NCBI GenBank assembly: GCA_002633005.1
Contig: NMRA01000685.1
Coordinates: forward strand, 124,001-188,000
Reading direction: 5' to 3'
Origin: Phoronis australis
Taxonomy: Eukaryota > Animalia > Phoronida
Length of the DNA stretch: 64,000 nt
The first letter of the stretch is position 1. Every line of letters starts with the position of its first letter. The position numbers and the translations under genes were made by a program. Of this stretch, positions 51,261 through 64,000 are shown piece after piece. The notes beneath the pieces were generated by a model, which saw only the letters and a program-made list of their open reading frames with translations, searched no databases and was not told the DNA's origin.

Positions 51261-52542
51261 AAAACGTATTTTCAATATTATCCCACGCGCGTTGAATCTG
51301 TCGAGGGAATACGGCCATGGCCGTATTCACCTCCCGCACTCTCGCTGGTTCCCTGCGTGCCGCTAGGTGGGGCGGTAGCCGCGCCAGCACGCAGGTATCA
51401 CTTAAATTTCCTCTGTAAATTTTTTTACACCGGCGTTTCTGATTGGCTAGTCGATTCGTCAACAGGCAGCGCTTTGCGCAAACAAAATGGCATGGCTGAT
51501 GGACTGAAGTGTAAATGTGGTCTGTTGTACAGACAAACCGGTGCTTAAAATTATGTTCAGGAAATGTGAAGCCTAGAAATTGTGATTGAGCCTTTTCGGA
51601 ATGCATCTTTCTACTGTCGATGACTTTTGTTTACGATAGTGTCTTTATACAGTATGAATAACACACCGTAATATGTGTTTATTGTGCATGTATGTGCTTC
51701 AAGCACGCGGCTATTAAACATCACTGCACAAACGAAATAGTTGCTGCGACGCCACTTGCATGACAAGGCTAAAATCATTCACAGTCTGCCATTTTTTCCA
51801 CGGTGTTGTAAAGCTAACCAATGACTGCCAAGATTACATCGACCAATCATAAATGCTAAAGCGCGTGCCATTGCGTGATACCTGCGTGCTGGCTGGGCTA
51901 AGCACGCAGGGAACCAGCGAGGCACTACGCCAAGCGACCTCTGACATGGAAAGTTAAAAAATTAGGTCAATGTCGACTCGACGTCTTCAGCCGGTTCGAT
52001 GATCAAACTTTCCGAATATAGTTTAAAGTAATACAGTTGCAACAGTGTAACTAACACTCGACATGCAACAAGGGCCTCAACGTAAAATCTGGAACAAAAC
52101 TGTTTATTACAAGACACTTTCTCTCAGTTTTCAGTTGCTGAATACTATATCGTCTGCAACTCAGGCGCCGAATCCTTGGAAATTAAAATATCAATAATTG
52201 TTGTTTTTTTAACTATTTCTAGGAGATGTTACAAGTTCACTGCTCAGTTGCCGTTTTTTCATCTTTGCTACCTCTTTTCAAGAAATAAATCGTTACTTTT
52301 AAAACTGTTTCTTTTTCAAGAGAAAGAGTTGCAACCTAACGCGCATGCAAGTACATATATATAAGATGTGATCCGCCATTTGAACAGTTTTGTGAAGTAT
52401 TTGAAAAATCTGCCGAAGAATGTAAGAAACTTAAAAATTCGAAGCGCATGGGATAAATACAAAACGTACCTCGATTGGCGTACATGAAGTAATATTCCAC
52501 TTGACCTTCATGTACGCCACTCTCGGTACGTTTTGTTTATTT
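51261..52542. mobile_element. Composite non-autonomous element: subterminal inverted repeats plus a terminal hairpin (Crypton-like), with a nested MITE at about 51340-51922
   Basis: ACGT..TTATCCCACGCGCGTTGAAT (about 51264-51297) is inverted relative to ATTCGAAGCGCATGGGATAAATACAAAACGT (about 52437-52467). There is a hairpin at 52455-52542, and inner inverted repeats TCGCTGGTTCCCTGCGTGC..GCCAGCACGCAGGTATCAC. Confidence 0.5.
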
Positions 52543-54074
52543 ATTGTTGAGTAGATCCATTTTCACGAAAGACGTCGCTCTAGTCGGTTGACACGCAGTG
52601 TTGGCTTACGTAGTAAACGGTGTAGATCATAATGATAGAAACGGTAGTTGAGTTTTGCTGACCCGAGATAAAAAAAAGCAATCCGATGTGTTTCTGTGAT
52701 TTTATTAGAAATCCCTGATTCCGGACGGTGGCTTCCAGCCATGCCTTCGGTGGAATAAACAGAAATCGATATCCTTGACCTTACACCAGTAATTTAACAG
52801 TGGCCCGAATGAAGTCTGGATTGCTATAACCGGACGACTCACCGCCGCGAACGTGACTTATTCAGCAACTGAAGTTACGTTTGAACATAAAACTGGTAGA
52901 GTTCTATGGTTTGAAATTTCCGAGTTTTTATAGGCAGCGAAAAGGTTCAAAATAGACAACACAAAGTATTCTGAATTCAGTGGTTTTTAATTTCCCCTGG
53001 CAAGGTCGTAGTCATAAAATAAAGCGCACCCGAGCTGTTCGTGATAACAACGAAGGAGGGATCAAAATTTATCATTTATCTTTTGTAAAGCTTTATAGAT
53101 TAACATGTTAGCAAAGTTTATAGACACGGGTCAATCTAACCCCTCCCACTTGATACATTTAATGAATTATGCTGATTTTCTTAACACATTTATGGCTGAA
53201 CAGTGACCTGGTGGCCAAGAAAAGTTGTTTTTTTTTACCCAGAGGCATGGCATTTATTAAGAACTTGTTTTATATAGAGGGCAATATTTTGAGTTGCAGA
53301 GTTGTCAGAAATGGTTTAGATACCAAAACTAAATTTAATATGGAATTTAACAGTCCTGTTACAGTGTTTGTTAAAGACCAATAGAAATGTGTTATTGTTA
53401 GAGTTGTGAACTTTTATGGTTATTGTCCTGTGATGCCAACTAACAAAAACGAAGCGGGAATAGTATCTTTAAAATGAAATTGAGAAGTGATGTGAGAAGG
53501 TGTCGACTTATTTGTGCCCAATTTAATAGTTTTTCCGAAGTCTCAAAGCAGAGTCAAAATGGTCCAAAGAATTTAATTTGACCACGAATACTTGTTCTTG
53601 GGTCATAAGAGGCCAGGGGAGAAAATGGGTAGCTGATGACAGGGCGAGTTTGCCTGTTGAATTGAAACCTTTCCATGGTCCTGTGATGTCTAATGATCGT
53701 GGTATGGGGTGAATATCCCTTGTAGAAGCTGATGAAAACTAATGCAGAACTGAGGTCGGGTTTGCGTTTTGCCCCAGTGTTTCCTATCCTATCATACTTT
53801 TTGAAAACTGGATATCCCAATCTCTCTATACTCTCATTAGCTTTCAAAATCTAAATTCTCCATTTGTTCGGTATACACATCAAAGTAGTCCCGCTATTTG
53901 TAATTATATGTAGTTTTACATTCGGCTACTATAATCATATGGAGGTGGCCTGGTACACGCTGTACCAGACGTTAGCAGGCCTTTGAACTGATCACTTGGA
54001 ATCACCTTGTGCTTTATTAGTACATAGTTAAACCAAGCTGAGGAGATAGAGACCTGACTCAAGGGTTTAGCAGT

Positions 54075-54406
54075 GTGTCCCACAGGGACTCGAACGTACG
54101 ATTCGAGTACAGGATGCGAATACTTATCCCACTAAGCTAAACTGCCTCCACTAAGTGGCGGTGTAATTTTAAAAACTGTTTTAGTGCAATTTGGCCCTAC
54201 TTTTCTCGTGTCCTCATCTATAATGCCACTATATACAAGAACTTAGCATTTCGACATTTGTAATTTTTCACCAAGTTTATTTGCAAAACAAAAGTTCTCT
54301 GACAAGGTACTTTTGAAGAAAATTTCGGTGACTCCGAAGGGTTTTGAACCCAGGTTCCACGTACGACAACAAAGCGTCTAAATCATTCAACCAAAAGACG
54401 ATTGCC
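54075..54406 (-). repeat. Two tRNA-derived Pol III-promoter-like units (SINE-like), not functional tRNAs
   Basis: Minus strand 54075-54146 has TAGCTTAGTGG (A box) and GTTCGAGTCC (B box). 54328-54406 has TGGTTGAATGA and GGTTCAAAACC. Neither has an intact acceptor stem. Confidence 0.5.
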
Positions 54407-55155
54407 ACTTGGCAAGCGGCTTAGAGAGGCTTTATCTGACTGTACGTGTCATCACAACCGAAAGTTACGCTTCACAATACTACTCACGAAATCCATTCTT
54501 AAACGCCTACAGCTCAAGGCCATCGAGTACACTAAGGTCTTTTCAAATTTGTTGTTACGAAACTTTCCTTAATAAGAATTTCAAAACCTTTCTTCCGACC
54601 ATAGACCCTACTTAAGGTTTTTACAAAAAGTTATAAAAATCGGTCGTTTAAAAGGAAAATCAACCGTTTTTATAGTTACCTTTGCAGTAAACCCCTTGCC
54701 GGGTTACCTTGATTCGATATTTGGCCTTGTGAATTACAAATGGCGCCACCAGAACCCGCGACTTTCAGCCTTTACTCACAACCCCTCAATTACTCCAGAA
54801 TTAGAAAATTTCTCTGACTGAGTGAACTCTCAACCTTTGAAACTATCAAAACATACTCAACCAAAAAATATTCGAGTAGTACTTGCGTGTCCGGCTTTCG
54901 CAACTGTAGGTAGGGTCGAGACAAGAGGGTTAATGAAACACACTTGGCTTTGGAGAACAGAACGGATTTTTGGGATAATTCATGGATGGGAACTCTGTTT
55001 GAAATTATTAACTTTGACCACAGGTATGCAAGAACGACAACAAAATCGGTAGTATTTTTTCTATTTTTTTACAAATCACCAGTTCATCGTTGCCTGTCAC
55101 GCATTCGCTGAAATTGACTTTATCACTTCATTACGCTCCTCTGCTTGTCGAGGTT

Positions 55156-57633
55156 TTATGGCTTGTTACACAGTCCAAAAGTACGCCAAGCCCTCTTCCC
55201 ATAAACATTAATAAGCAGAATAAACGCGCCTTTCACAGCCTTAAATATTGAAAACATGAAGTCAAACATTTTGGTTCCAATAACCATTCCAAGAAAATTT
55301 AATGACGAGATGAGAGTGAAAAGAAGAATTAGTTTCACGTATATCACAAAATCTCTCTTAAGCGGTTGGTAGTGCTGGGTCAGGCCTCCTCGCTGTCTTG
55401 TCCTTCGATACAAACGATAAGCCCCGGCAAAGCACAGGAAAATGTCAAGAACCGAAGTCGCCAAAATGGGTATATATTGGTAGTAAAGATTTGCCGATGT
55501 TTTGTCAAACCAGCAATCGTCGGACATTGGGAATCCCGGTTGAAAGTTTACATCCACCTGAATGTAATCCATAATACACACAACTATTGCCAATGTTAAA
55601 GGTATCAACCAGCCAAGGAGTGCAAAAAGGACAAAGCTTGTGATACTGTTGGCTTTCTGCTTGTCATCTTCGTGAAATAATGTGAAGAAATGGCAGCCAA
55701 TCGCGTTTAGCCACGTGCATATCGACACTTCAGTCCATAAGCTTAGTGTTGCTACCACTGAGCAAGCAACGGGATATGTGACCAGGTGCGGTCGTATCAT
55801 GTAGCAAATTCCATTGAGAAACATCTGGAACACAAAACAGAAATACAGTTTTTCTGTGTAATTCTGGTACACTTTAGCTCCAAATTGCAAAACAATCCGT
55901 ACAAAGCAACACGCGACCAGGATACCCCCGCAAACGAACTCGAGAGTGTCGGCGGTCGAGAAGTTCCTGTAAGTTTTCCACACAGCTTCGCAATAAAACA
56001 CGACATTGCTTTCAATCAGATAATATCCATTCGCTCTCGTTAGGTTGAGATCATTCATGAAAATGCTACCATCCTTTCGTAAAACATACGGACCCCTGTA
56101 TGTATGATAATGGTTACAACGTAGACCTATGCTTGTAGGTACAATACCCTGGTTTCCTTGCGTGCCACGGTTTTTCTCACACGTGATGCGTGACACATTG
56201 ACCGTGACTTCTAAACGTCCTAAAAATCCAAAATCGTTCTGCATCAAATACCACTGAATTTGTGATTGAAGTCCACCGCGTACCACACCTACACTGTCGT
56301 TTGAAGATGCGTTACAAGCCGATGAGGTAACCTGCCAAAAATCTACAGTTACTGACCCTATGGCTACTCCTTGTGAATCCAAAGGCAGGGCAAACTTATG
56401 GACCGTAATGTCAGGGGGGAGAAGAACGTCAAAAGTTTTTACTATAAAAAGTGTTAGATGCTGGGATAATTGAAGTGAAGGTAAATATCGACCGTTCACA
56501 AAATGTCTTCTAACTGCCATTATGTCCATTTTAATATCAACGTGGTTCAGACGATAATTTGGTACGCACGCTCCATTTGATAACGAGTAGTATCTATGAC
56601 AGCTCGTATAAAGACACTGTTGAAGGCTTTCTGTCTTACAAAGAATGGAGGTAACCATTTCGTTATCGGTTTTAGCGTTGCCAATGGAAGTCGTTAAATT
56701 TATGTGAATGTTGCGTTCTTTTCCAGCACCAATTGAAAAATTATACAACAATTTTCCCATGAAGTTGGCTTGTTCCAGCGTAGCATTTCCAATTTGTTGT
56801 GCACCACAAGATGCGTTCAGTGGTACACCACGTCCACTGCAATAAGCACAGTACAGGTTTTTGAAAGTAAAACCTTCAAACGTGAAAAATGTCTGCGTGC
56901 TCCTGCACAATAAATCAATTGTTGGAAAATCTCCGTTCGCGCATTGGTCTATAGCGTCACGTTTACACTCTCTGCCTGGGCCAATTGATTCTCCAATGTC
57001 GAAAGAACATCCTGGGTAATCGAGTAGTGGCAGAACATCTTGTAATAGCACGGACACATTTTCAATGGCGCCGGGAACACATTTCAGATGTCCTGGCCAA
57101 AATACCATGTCTCCGTCATTTACAGAATGACATTTGGCGCAGAACATGTTCCTGTAATGAATTCCATTGATCTTGTTGGTGACAGGAACCCTGTGTAGAA
57201 GACTGGAGTTTGTGTCAATGCAATCATTTTTCAAGCTGTTTGGATAATAAATAGTTACAAACTTAGGACACCCCGAAATGACACGCGTCGCACGACTTCC
57301 GGCACGAATACACTCGGTATTTTCAGTAGCAATGGAGGGCAAAGAAGCATTATGACAAACCTTCCAGAAATCGAAACAACAGTCGCCATAAATTTCACAC
57401 CATTCGTCACAGGAACACTGCCGTGATTCCTGCGATGTTTGCCAACACAGACCAAAGCAGCTCTGAACCTTGCTAGACGCCAAACAGTTTCTATTAATTT
57501 CGTCGATGGTATTCAACGATCCATTCGTGTAACTTGTCGTGCTGCAAACTGTAGCTTGGGACGCCAAATACAACAGTAACCATACAAGGACACCAGAAAA
57601 CATGTTCAGAATCAGAATGTCCACGATTAGCAT
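55156..57633 (-). CDS. Intronless 7TM receptor with an N-terminal somatomedin-B domain (class B / Methuselah-like GPCR), 825 aa
   Basis: Signal-like MFSGVLVWLLLYLASQA. SMB motif CFGLC...CSCDEWCEIYGDCCFDFWKVC. Two (Y/F)(R/K)NxxCAxC repeats. Seven C-terminal hydrophobic segments with a TM3 Cys (ACSVVA), TM4 GWLIP and an ECL2 CWF. Confidence 0.88.
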   Translation of the reverse strand: MLIVDILILNMFSGVLVWLLLYLASQATVCSTTSYTNGSLNTIDEINRNCLASSKVQSCFGLCWQTSQESRQCSCDEWCEIYGDCCFDFWKVCHNASLPSIATENTECIRAGSRATRVISGCPKFVTIYYPNSLKNDCIDTNSSLLHRVPVTNKINGIHYRNMFCAKCHSVNDGDMVFWPGHLKCVPGAIENVSVLLQDVLPLLDYPGCSFDIGESIGPGRECKRDAIDQCANGDFPTIDLLCRSTQTFFTFEGFTFKNLYCAYCSGRGVPLNASCGAQQIGNATLEQANFMGKLLYNFSIGAGKERNIHINLTTSIGNAKTDNEMVTSILCKTESLQQCLYTSCHRYYSLSNGACVPNYRLNHVDIKMDIMAVRRHFVNGRYLPSLQLSQHLTLFIVKTFDVLLPPDITVHKFALPLDSQGVAIGSVTVDFWQVTSSACNASSNDSVGVVRGGLQSQIQWYLMQNDFGFLGRLEVTVNVSRITCEKNRGTQGNQGIVPTSIGLRCNHYHTYRGPYVLRKDGSIFMNDLNLTRANGYYLIESNVVFYCEAVWKTYRNFSTADTLEFVCGGILVACCFVRIVLQFGAKVYQNYTEKLYFCFVFQMFLNGICYMIRPHLVTYPVACSVVATLSLWTEVSICTWLNAIGCHFFTLFHEDDKQKANSITSFVLFALLGWLIPLTLAIVVCIMDYIQVDVNFQPGFPMSDDCWFDKTSANLYYQYIPILATSVLDIFLCFAGAYRLYRRTRQRGGLTQHYQPLKRDFVIYVKLILLFTLISSLNFLGMVIGTKMFDFMFSIFKAVKGAFILLINVYGKRAWRTFGLCNKP

Positions 57634-58959
57634 TTTCTGAGCATCAAACTAAGCGAGTTTGGAAGATTGCGCAGTCCAAACTGTGTCTAAATGTGACTCT
57701 GTCACTGTCTGTAAAACAAGACCATCACGCGGGTACCGTCATCCAACGTTTATCTGAAATGAATTTGAAAGCTGTGCCCGTAAGTAATTGCCGCCACATG
57801 ACAACATAAATCATTCACAGGAGATTCGCAAAAATCCAATATTTTCTTATGAAATTCCGAACGGAGGTACCACTTACTAATCTCTGCTTTATTTTCAGAT
57901 GGTTTTGGGCTACCTTCAACATCACAGTTGGAGTTAGGGGTAGACATTTATGTTAGGTGGACATACGACGTGTAGTGATCATGATGAAAAAGTAGATGAA
58001 CGCAAAGTTTATTTATAACTAAGGCTATAACTACTTCACATTAAAATAGAACTGACTGTACTTCGGGAGCAAGTTTTCTGTTACACAGAATTTGTTGAAT
58101 GCACGACACTTTTCATTGTTCACGGTCTTTATTCCGTTGCGTTCATACTTTCTGAACAAAACTCTACTCTCTACTGAACATAGATACAGTAACTGACCTA
58201 GCGACATAATTAAAAGACACACGATATTTCGAAACATACTTGTTTCATTCTCAAGTGAAGATAAAATGACGCAGTAATGCCACCACAGAGTATAAGCTGA
58301 ACGACACACACAGTGAGACACGGCGGGTGTGAAATACTGCAAAGAATGACTAATGAATTGGGGTAACAGGAAAGTCACGCAAACAAGTGTAACGTAAAAT
58401 AGAACAGTGAAAATATACTGGAAATGTACCGGTAATCGCATTGTTTTTGTGATGACCGTGCACATGTCGAAAGAGGGTACTCAAAGAACTCTTACTATCA
58501 TAAACAAAGATTTCAGCGGTTTTTTGTCTGTGGAGTTAAAGTTTACCTCGTGAACCGTTATAGGTACCTCTGAAAGGAGCAAAAATACAACTTACTACGG
58601 ATGCCCCTTCTCCCATATTTTCCCAGTTACCCGTCAAAAGTCTGCAAGCATGCCTGCGGAAATTGCTTGTAACATTCCGTTTTGATAAACAATTTCGCTG
58701 GTTTCTGATTTACTTTATGTGTCTACGAAAATCAAGAGATTCAAAGATGATTCTTGACAATTAGAAGCTAATCATGTAAGAATTGATGACGTTTCAGTGA
58801 ATTTAATTGCAGCCTGAAGTTGGAAAAACTCTATAATCCGATCCCCAAATAGTAAAGTACACTTATCTAAATTTACTTTCAAAGACATTGATCAAATTCG
58901 GACTAACAAACCGTAGATAATAAAAAGTTTTAAAAATCCTTAAATAAATAAAATTAAAC

Positions 58960-59210
58960 TCATTGCTTGGAAAGGTTGTCTTTGTACTTCCTTGGTGTTC
59001 TTAGTTTCCAGTAGTATTGAGCAATGGATTTTTGTTCTTCAAAACTGAGTTGATTGCTTGTCATGATTCGCGTGCATGCCATGACTGCCGTACCCACGTT
59101 AAAAATAAGATGTAACCATGCAAGAGGCTCGCGCACAATCTCAGTGATCCACGGGAACTGAATTTGAACTCCAGGCGTACAGGAAGTGTATACATTTTTT
59201 GGACACACTA
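58960..59210 (-). mobile_element. 5' end of a Tc1/mariner element (TIR plus HTH fragment)
   Basis: TIR-like TAGTGTGTCCAAAAAATGTATACAC, then MTSNQLSFEEQKSIAQYYWK/..TKEVQRQ, resembling the DUF4817-type HTH at the N-terminus of mariner-like transposases. Confidence 0.55.
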
Positions 59211-59617
59211 TCTTTTTCCCGAGCCACCAGAAACTGGAATACCTGTCGTGTTTCAACTAGGCATTTTGAAACAGCAACAAAAGCACTATACCAGGGACTT
59301 TGAGACCTCATCTTTTCAAAAAATAACAAACTTCTTCAAAGAATGACCATAATGAAATAAAGATTTCCTGAAACTTAAGCGCAATAAAACGAATCTTGCG
59401 CTTAGAACGAGCGCCGACGGCCGATACGAGCTGCCTGTCTTAAGTGAATCACAGCTGAGCTGACCAGCAACTAGCTTTAGTTCATAGGGAATTTCGTATT
59501 TTCACACTGTTAAATCTTAACTATAGCTACTTGAGGCAGCTCCTCGCTACCGGTCAGTTTACTGGTCCTAGGCCCATTCTTACTCAACTCTTGATGGCTT
59601 CATCCCCGGGATTGTCT

Positions 59618-59779
59618 CAGGGGCGGATCCAGGATTTCGGGTTGGCGGGGGGGGAACAGGGCAGAGTATTAGCCAGGGTTTTACCTGTCAGAAATTCGGA
59701 CCCTCGAACTGCCAAATGGATTCTGGGAGAGTTTTAGGGGAGAGGCATGGCGCCTTGGCCATCCCTAAATCCGCCACTG
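59618..59779. mobile_element. hAT-like MITE (same family as 43595-43762)
   Basis: CAGGGGCGGAT...ATCCGCCACTG terminal inverted repeats. Confidence 0.7.
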
Positions 59780-60779
59780 TGCCCCCCACCGAGGGCGGAC
59801 GTGGGAGATTCGGTACAAATCAAATATGGTGGCATCGGGAGCACGGGGGGCGAGGAGGGGGTGGCGGAAGTGGTGGTAATGAGAGGGGGAGGTTGTTTGG
59901 CGAAGTCGAAATGGTTTGTGCCCCCCCCAATAATTTTTGCCTTCCCACGGGCCTGTTGAATACAAAAAAATGGAAATTAAGGCCCCATTGAAAGTGTCGC
60001 TAAAATAACATAAACAGGCATGTACACGTGTACACTGAAAAGGAGTGACGACTGAAAACCAAGCCATCACAGCCTAATTATATTTGGATAGGGCGAGGTG
60101 AAGACCCAGAACTGAATGAGCAATCACTGAGCTGCACCCTGAAAAAGGTTGTAAACATTACGATAAAATATACCACTGCAAAATGAGTTGAAGACTTGGG
60201 AATAAATCACCAGAATGATGAAAAACAACATGATACCGACGACTAATTTGCGAGAAGAGTGTATTACTGACACCTTTAATTCCTCAGTCAAATTAAATGT
60301 TGCCTTTTTATGAAATATTGCCATATTTTGATAAGATAATGATAATCGCACCTCGTTCTGCAGGATAGACGCATTGAATAATCAAGTCGGATTTTTGTTG
60401 CATTGATGACGGTGAAAAGTCATGCTGGTTTCCCACATGCTCAGTTGACCACATGCGAGGTTATACAACAAGGTGGTGATTAGAGAGCATTCTTGCATGC
60501 AGCTGCGGGTATTGCAATTCTCCTGTAAAAGTGCACCCGTTACGCGTTGTGCATTCACAATGAGCCAGAATCAAAAATGTTTATTGTATGTAGGCCTTGG
60601 CTTCATAATACATCACAGCTTTAAAACGGTCGATAGGTGTACACGTGTTTCGAAAATCATCTCATTTTTTGTGATTTATTAGTCTTTTGAGACTTTTCTG
60701 TGGTGATAAACAATCTGTGAAAACTCTACTGGCAGTACTAGTTGAGTGAGATTGCACTTCGTGGAGGTAATTCGTTACA

Positions 60780-63050
60780 AAATGCAAGCTTCAACGTCTA
60801 GAGTGCAAACACGACCAGTCAATAACACTCCCGAGGGAAATCATCGTGGCGGTAATGCCTGCTCAGGAGGGTCAAGTTCGAAAGACATCCGAGACTATGG
60901 TACTACTGCTAAAGGTATGTCTAAACAATCAAACCTTGCTGGGAGAAATGGCTGTGGTACTTGAAAAACTGGATCAACTCCACGAACTTTACAATAACAT
61001 CTCTCTGCTGCAAACCAAAAATGCTCGCTTAGAGGCCCGTGTCACTGATGGAAGACCCCTCTAACACCGAAGGCCACAGGGTTAATGAAGAAACGTGGGG
61101 CGACTTGGAAACCAAAGTTCGTGAATTTATGACTGCCCAGCTGTGTTAAGTGACGAAATGATTATCGGTTGCTCAGAGCAAGAAGTGAAACCAGGCCGAT
61201 CACTGATATTTAAACTTTAAAATTTATTTATTAAAATATCTACGAAGACACTGAAAAACTACCAGAACATGCAAGACAAAGGGTAAAGGGCAACCATACA
61301 TTCATTGTGACGAGGGTCTATGCACCAAAGGTCAAAACTGCATGCAGCCTCGGCGGCCGCTGTTGGTAAGAAGGCGAAACTGCTTATATAGCGTACAATA
61401 AGCTGGTAATCCGAAACAAACGGTACATATATGACGTGAATGATGACGTCATTGAAAGCCGTTCTGGAGAAGTCGGTCAACAATAGGATGCAGGCCGAGG
61501 TCCTTCGGTGAAACGCTGGTCATTCGAGGGTTTTCAAATCGCGGCGTGAAATGCTCAAGGTTTGGAAACAAAGGTTTTGAACAGAGAGGAACCAGACATT
61601 CATGAATTGTTTGATTTTCTTGATACACGTGTCATTGTAGGAATTGGTGAATCATGCGCTAAAAGTAGTAATGAAATGCAACAGTACTACGAAAATGATA
61701 GAACAAAGAGCTCTGTCCTCTGTAGATATTCGGGGGGTGTTGCTCTCCTGTTAGATAAACATCATGAAAAATCTGTCATTAAAGCCTAACTTTAACGGAA
61801 TTTTGTTACTTTAAATGTATTAGGTTAACCAGATAGCCCTATCAAAGCTTTATTAAAATGAGAAAACGCGAGTGATAAGTGAAGCTGCCTTTTCGTGCCA
61901 TGTTGCGCCACCGCGAGATCCCAGCTCAAACAACAAAAGGTTGTATTGAATAGGGGTCTAGCATTGCGTGCGGGTGTTAAAAGGTGATTCTCGTGGTGAC
62001 GTAGACAAAAGCGAGTCAATACGCCTAACAGGTCGTTACATTTGGCAATTTATGGCACTAGTGGGTTCAGAGCAATGCTCTTAACATACTGTAGGAACCA
62101 ATTTTACATGTGTTACCGTTGAAGACAGGCTTCAAGACCTATACTTAATACTCTGATGTTTTCCCGTTGTGATTTCTGACGGCTCCAGATTTACGTTAGA
62201 TAGAAATTTGAGAGTAGTAGCCGCTTTTGTCACCCCTGAGGGCTCACCTACTTACCATGATAGTAAAAAACAAAAATGCCATTGTTTGAAGAAACATTAT
62301 TTTTTTATATTGTATCTTTGTATGAGAAAGAATTATACGTTATTCTGTTATGAGATTTTAATGCAAGGACAGCATCACATTTGACAATTTCTGCGAGTGT
62401 AGTGACACCCATGTAGCCCTGAGTGTCTTTCTTAGTCCGCACCATGAATATTAGGCCATAGTCCCAGCTCTCCTATCTTTCATTTCCGTGGCCACCTTCT
62501 GGGGGGCAACGGAGACTTTGCATTAAACCCATCTACAAATGTTCAAAAGTCAATTTCAAAAAAGTTCCCAAGAATACACTTGCACGTTTAGTAAGAATTT
62601 TAATATAAAAGTTGAAAAAATATAACCTCAACTAATATGTTAGCCACCAGGTGTCAGTGCAAAATTATCCGAACAGCCAATCAAATGCCAGGAAAATATT
62701 GTGTCCATACCTTTCCCCTTCAACAGCCGTCTGCTTGGCATCATAGATGATAGTCTATGTTGGCATGAAAACCTTCATCAGAGGACAGTCAGCTGATGTT
62801 ATCCTGCTGGCTTAACTAGCTAGTTTACTGCTACTGATTACATTGGATTGTATTAATTCTTGGATGGGTGTGCAAGTAATAGGCATTACCACGGGCCAAG
62901 GCTCAAAAACCAGCAGGCAGTGAGTTAGTAATTGATGAAAGCCAAATCAAGTGGCCACCAGTGTCATCGTACTTAAACAATTCTTGGCACATTCCTGAAT
63001 CATTTTGTGTTTCGCAAAGAACAATTTTGGGACAGCTAGGACTCTGCTGA
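60780..63050 (+). mobile_element. Decayed non-LTR retrotransposon (LINE): ORF1, APE and RT fragments
   Basis: ORF1-like coiled coil (LLQTKNARLEARV, EETWGDLETKVREFM). APE motifs *NAQGL, IVGIGES, RYSGGVALL and DFNART. Weak RT-like LLGIIDDSLCW. Many stops and frameshifts. Confidence 0.65.
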
Positions 63051-64000
63051 AACCATGAATTATTCAACGAGTGTGCGACTTCAGAATAGACTGGCAAGAT
63101 GTCTGTCGCTTATTGCATTCATGTGTCAGCTTCTGTTCAAATTTCTGAGCTGGAATTTTTAGATATTACCTGGTGTAAGGCTACTGCAAACAAACGTATC
63201 AACATTGAGTGCAAGAGAAGTATCTTTGCTGATAAGTTTTTAAGTGTTTATGAAAAAACAGAGCTCTTGTCATGCGCAGGAGTGGGGGGCTCGGGGACTT
63301 GAACGAGCCCCCCCCTGGTAAAGTGGGTGAAAAGGTCAGCCTCAGAGAAACAAAAACTCCGAAAAAGTAGAAAATGAGACAAAAGTTCACTAAAAAGGTA
63401 GGAACCACCAAAATTTGACGAACGCACAATTCGTAGCTCTGAAGTACCCCATGAATCTTAATAAATGTTCACATTCTCAAAAACTCGAGCCCTCCAGTTT
63501 TAGGCTTGGTGCGTGCATGCTTCTATCACAAGCAATGTTACAGACTCTTAACGGATGTAACAAAAATTGAAAGAGCTCTTAAAAAAGAAAAAGACCAAGC
63601 TGATGATGGAAATAATTTTGAGCCCACTAGAAAATTAAAGAGATTGTCACTGTCACTTACATGTACATTTAACAGTGCTCAAAGAAATATACCCTACATG
63701 TCTTGCCATCACAATGAACCATTTGCAACAAATCATATTTAATCACAGAGGAACTTCACAAACAAAAGAAAAGTTGAAAACCGATCCCAGTTCCAAACAT
63801 TCAGGCAATTGTAAATACGCCTACCTATTCTTAATTTGAAAAAGTGTCAATTATGGTAAATAATCTTTAGTTTAGGTCACAGAACAAAAATTATTTTGCT
63901 TGATAAATTTGTTGTAATAGTGGTCTCAATCACAAATGTACTGGCAGTAGTTTTTACCTACATGTAAGTGATCAGCAGTGCTTTTTATGAACTTCTAAGC

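Noticed and set aside
54075-54146. Functional tRNA gene
   Set aside because: A and B boxes are present, but the acceptor and anticodon stems do not pair.
58031-58465. 144-aa hydrophobic ORF upstream of the GPCR
   Set aside because: No recognisable motif. Hydrophobic ORFs arise by chance in T-rich sequence.
63506-63742. YHKQCYRLLTD motif suggesting a DNA-transposon protein fragment
   Set aside because: Too short and near the window edge to assign a family.

Overview
Eukaryotic, AT-rich and intron-rich DNA, most consistent with a marine invertebrate draft assembly. Most short ORFs in the track are spurious because the real genes are spliced. The window holds the last 21 coding exons of importin-4 (IPO4, + strand, 1-22234), including a clear U12 minor-spliceosome intron, and a complete 16-exon NELFCD/TH1L gene (- strand, 25182-43132) convergent with it. 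It also holds an intronless arylamine N-acetyltransferase with an adjacent decayed paralogue, and an intronless 825-aa somatomedin-B-domain 7TM receptor. Introns and intergenic DNA carry many transposon relics: Harbinger, Kolobok, hAT and Tc1/mariner MITEs, a THAP fragment, a RAG1/Transib/Chapaev-like transposase relic, Penelope and LINE fragments, and an internally deleted BEL/Pao LTR element with a tRNA-Phe primer site. Two apparent exon duplications in IPO4 are joined at single Ns and are probably uncollapsed alleles. The most interesting leads are a candidate unannotated spliced micro-gene (44404-45272), tandem copies of exon ends with their splice donors in both large genes, and the RAG1-like relic. 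I found no convincing new multi-gene system. All family assignments come from motif recognition by eye, with no database searches.
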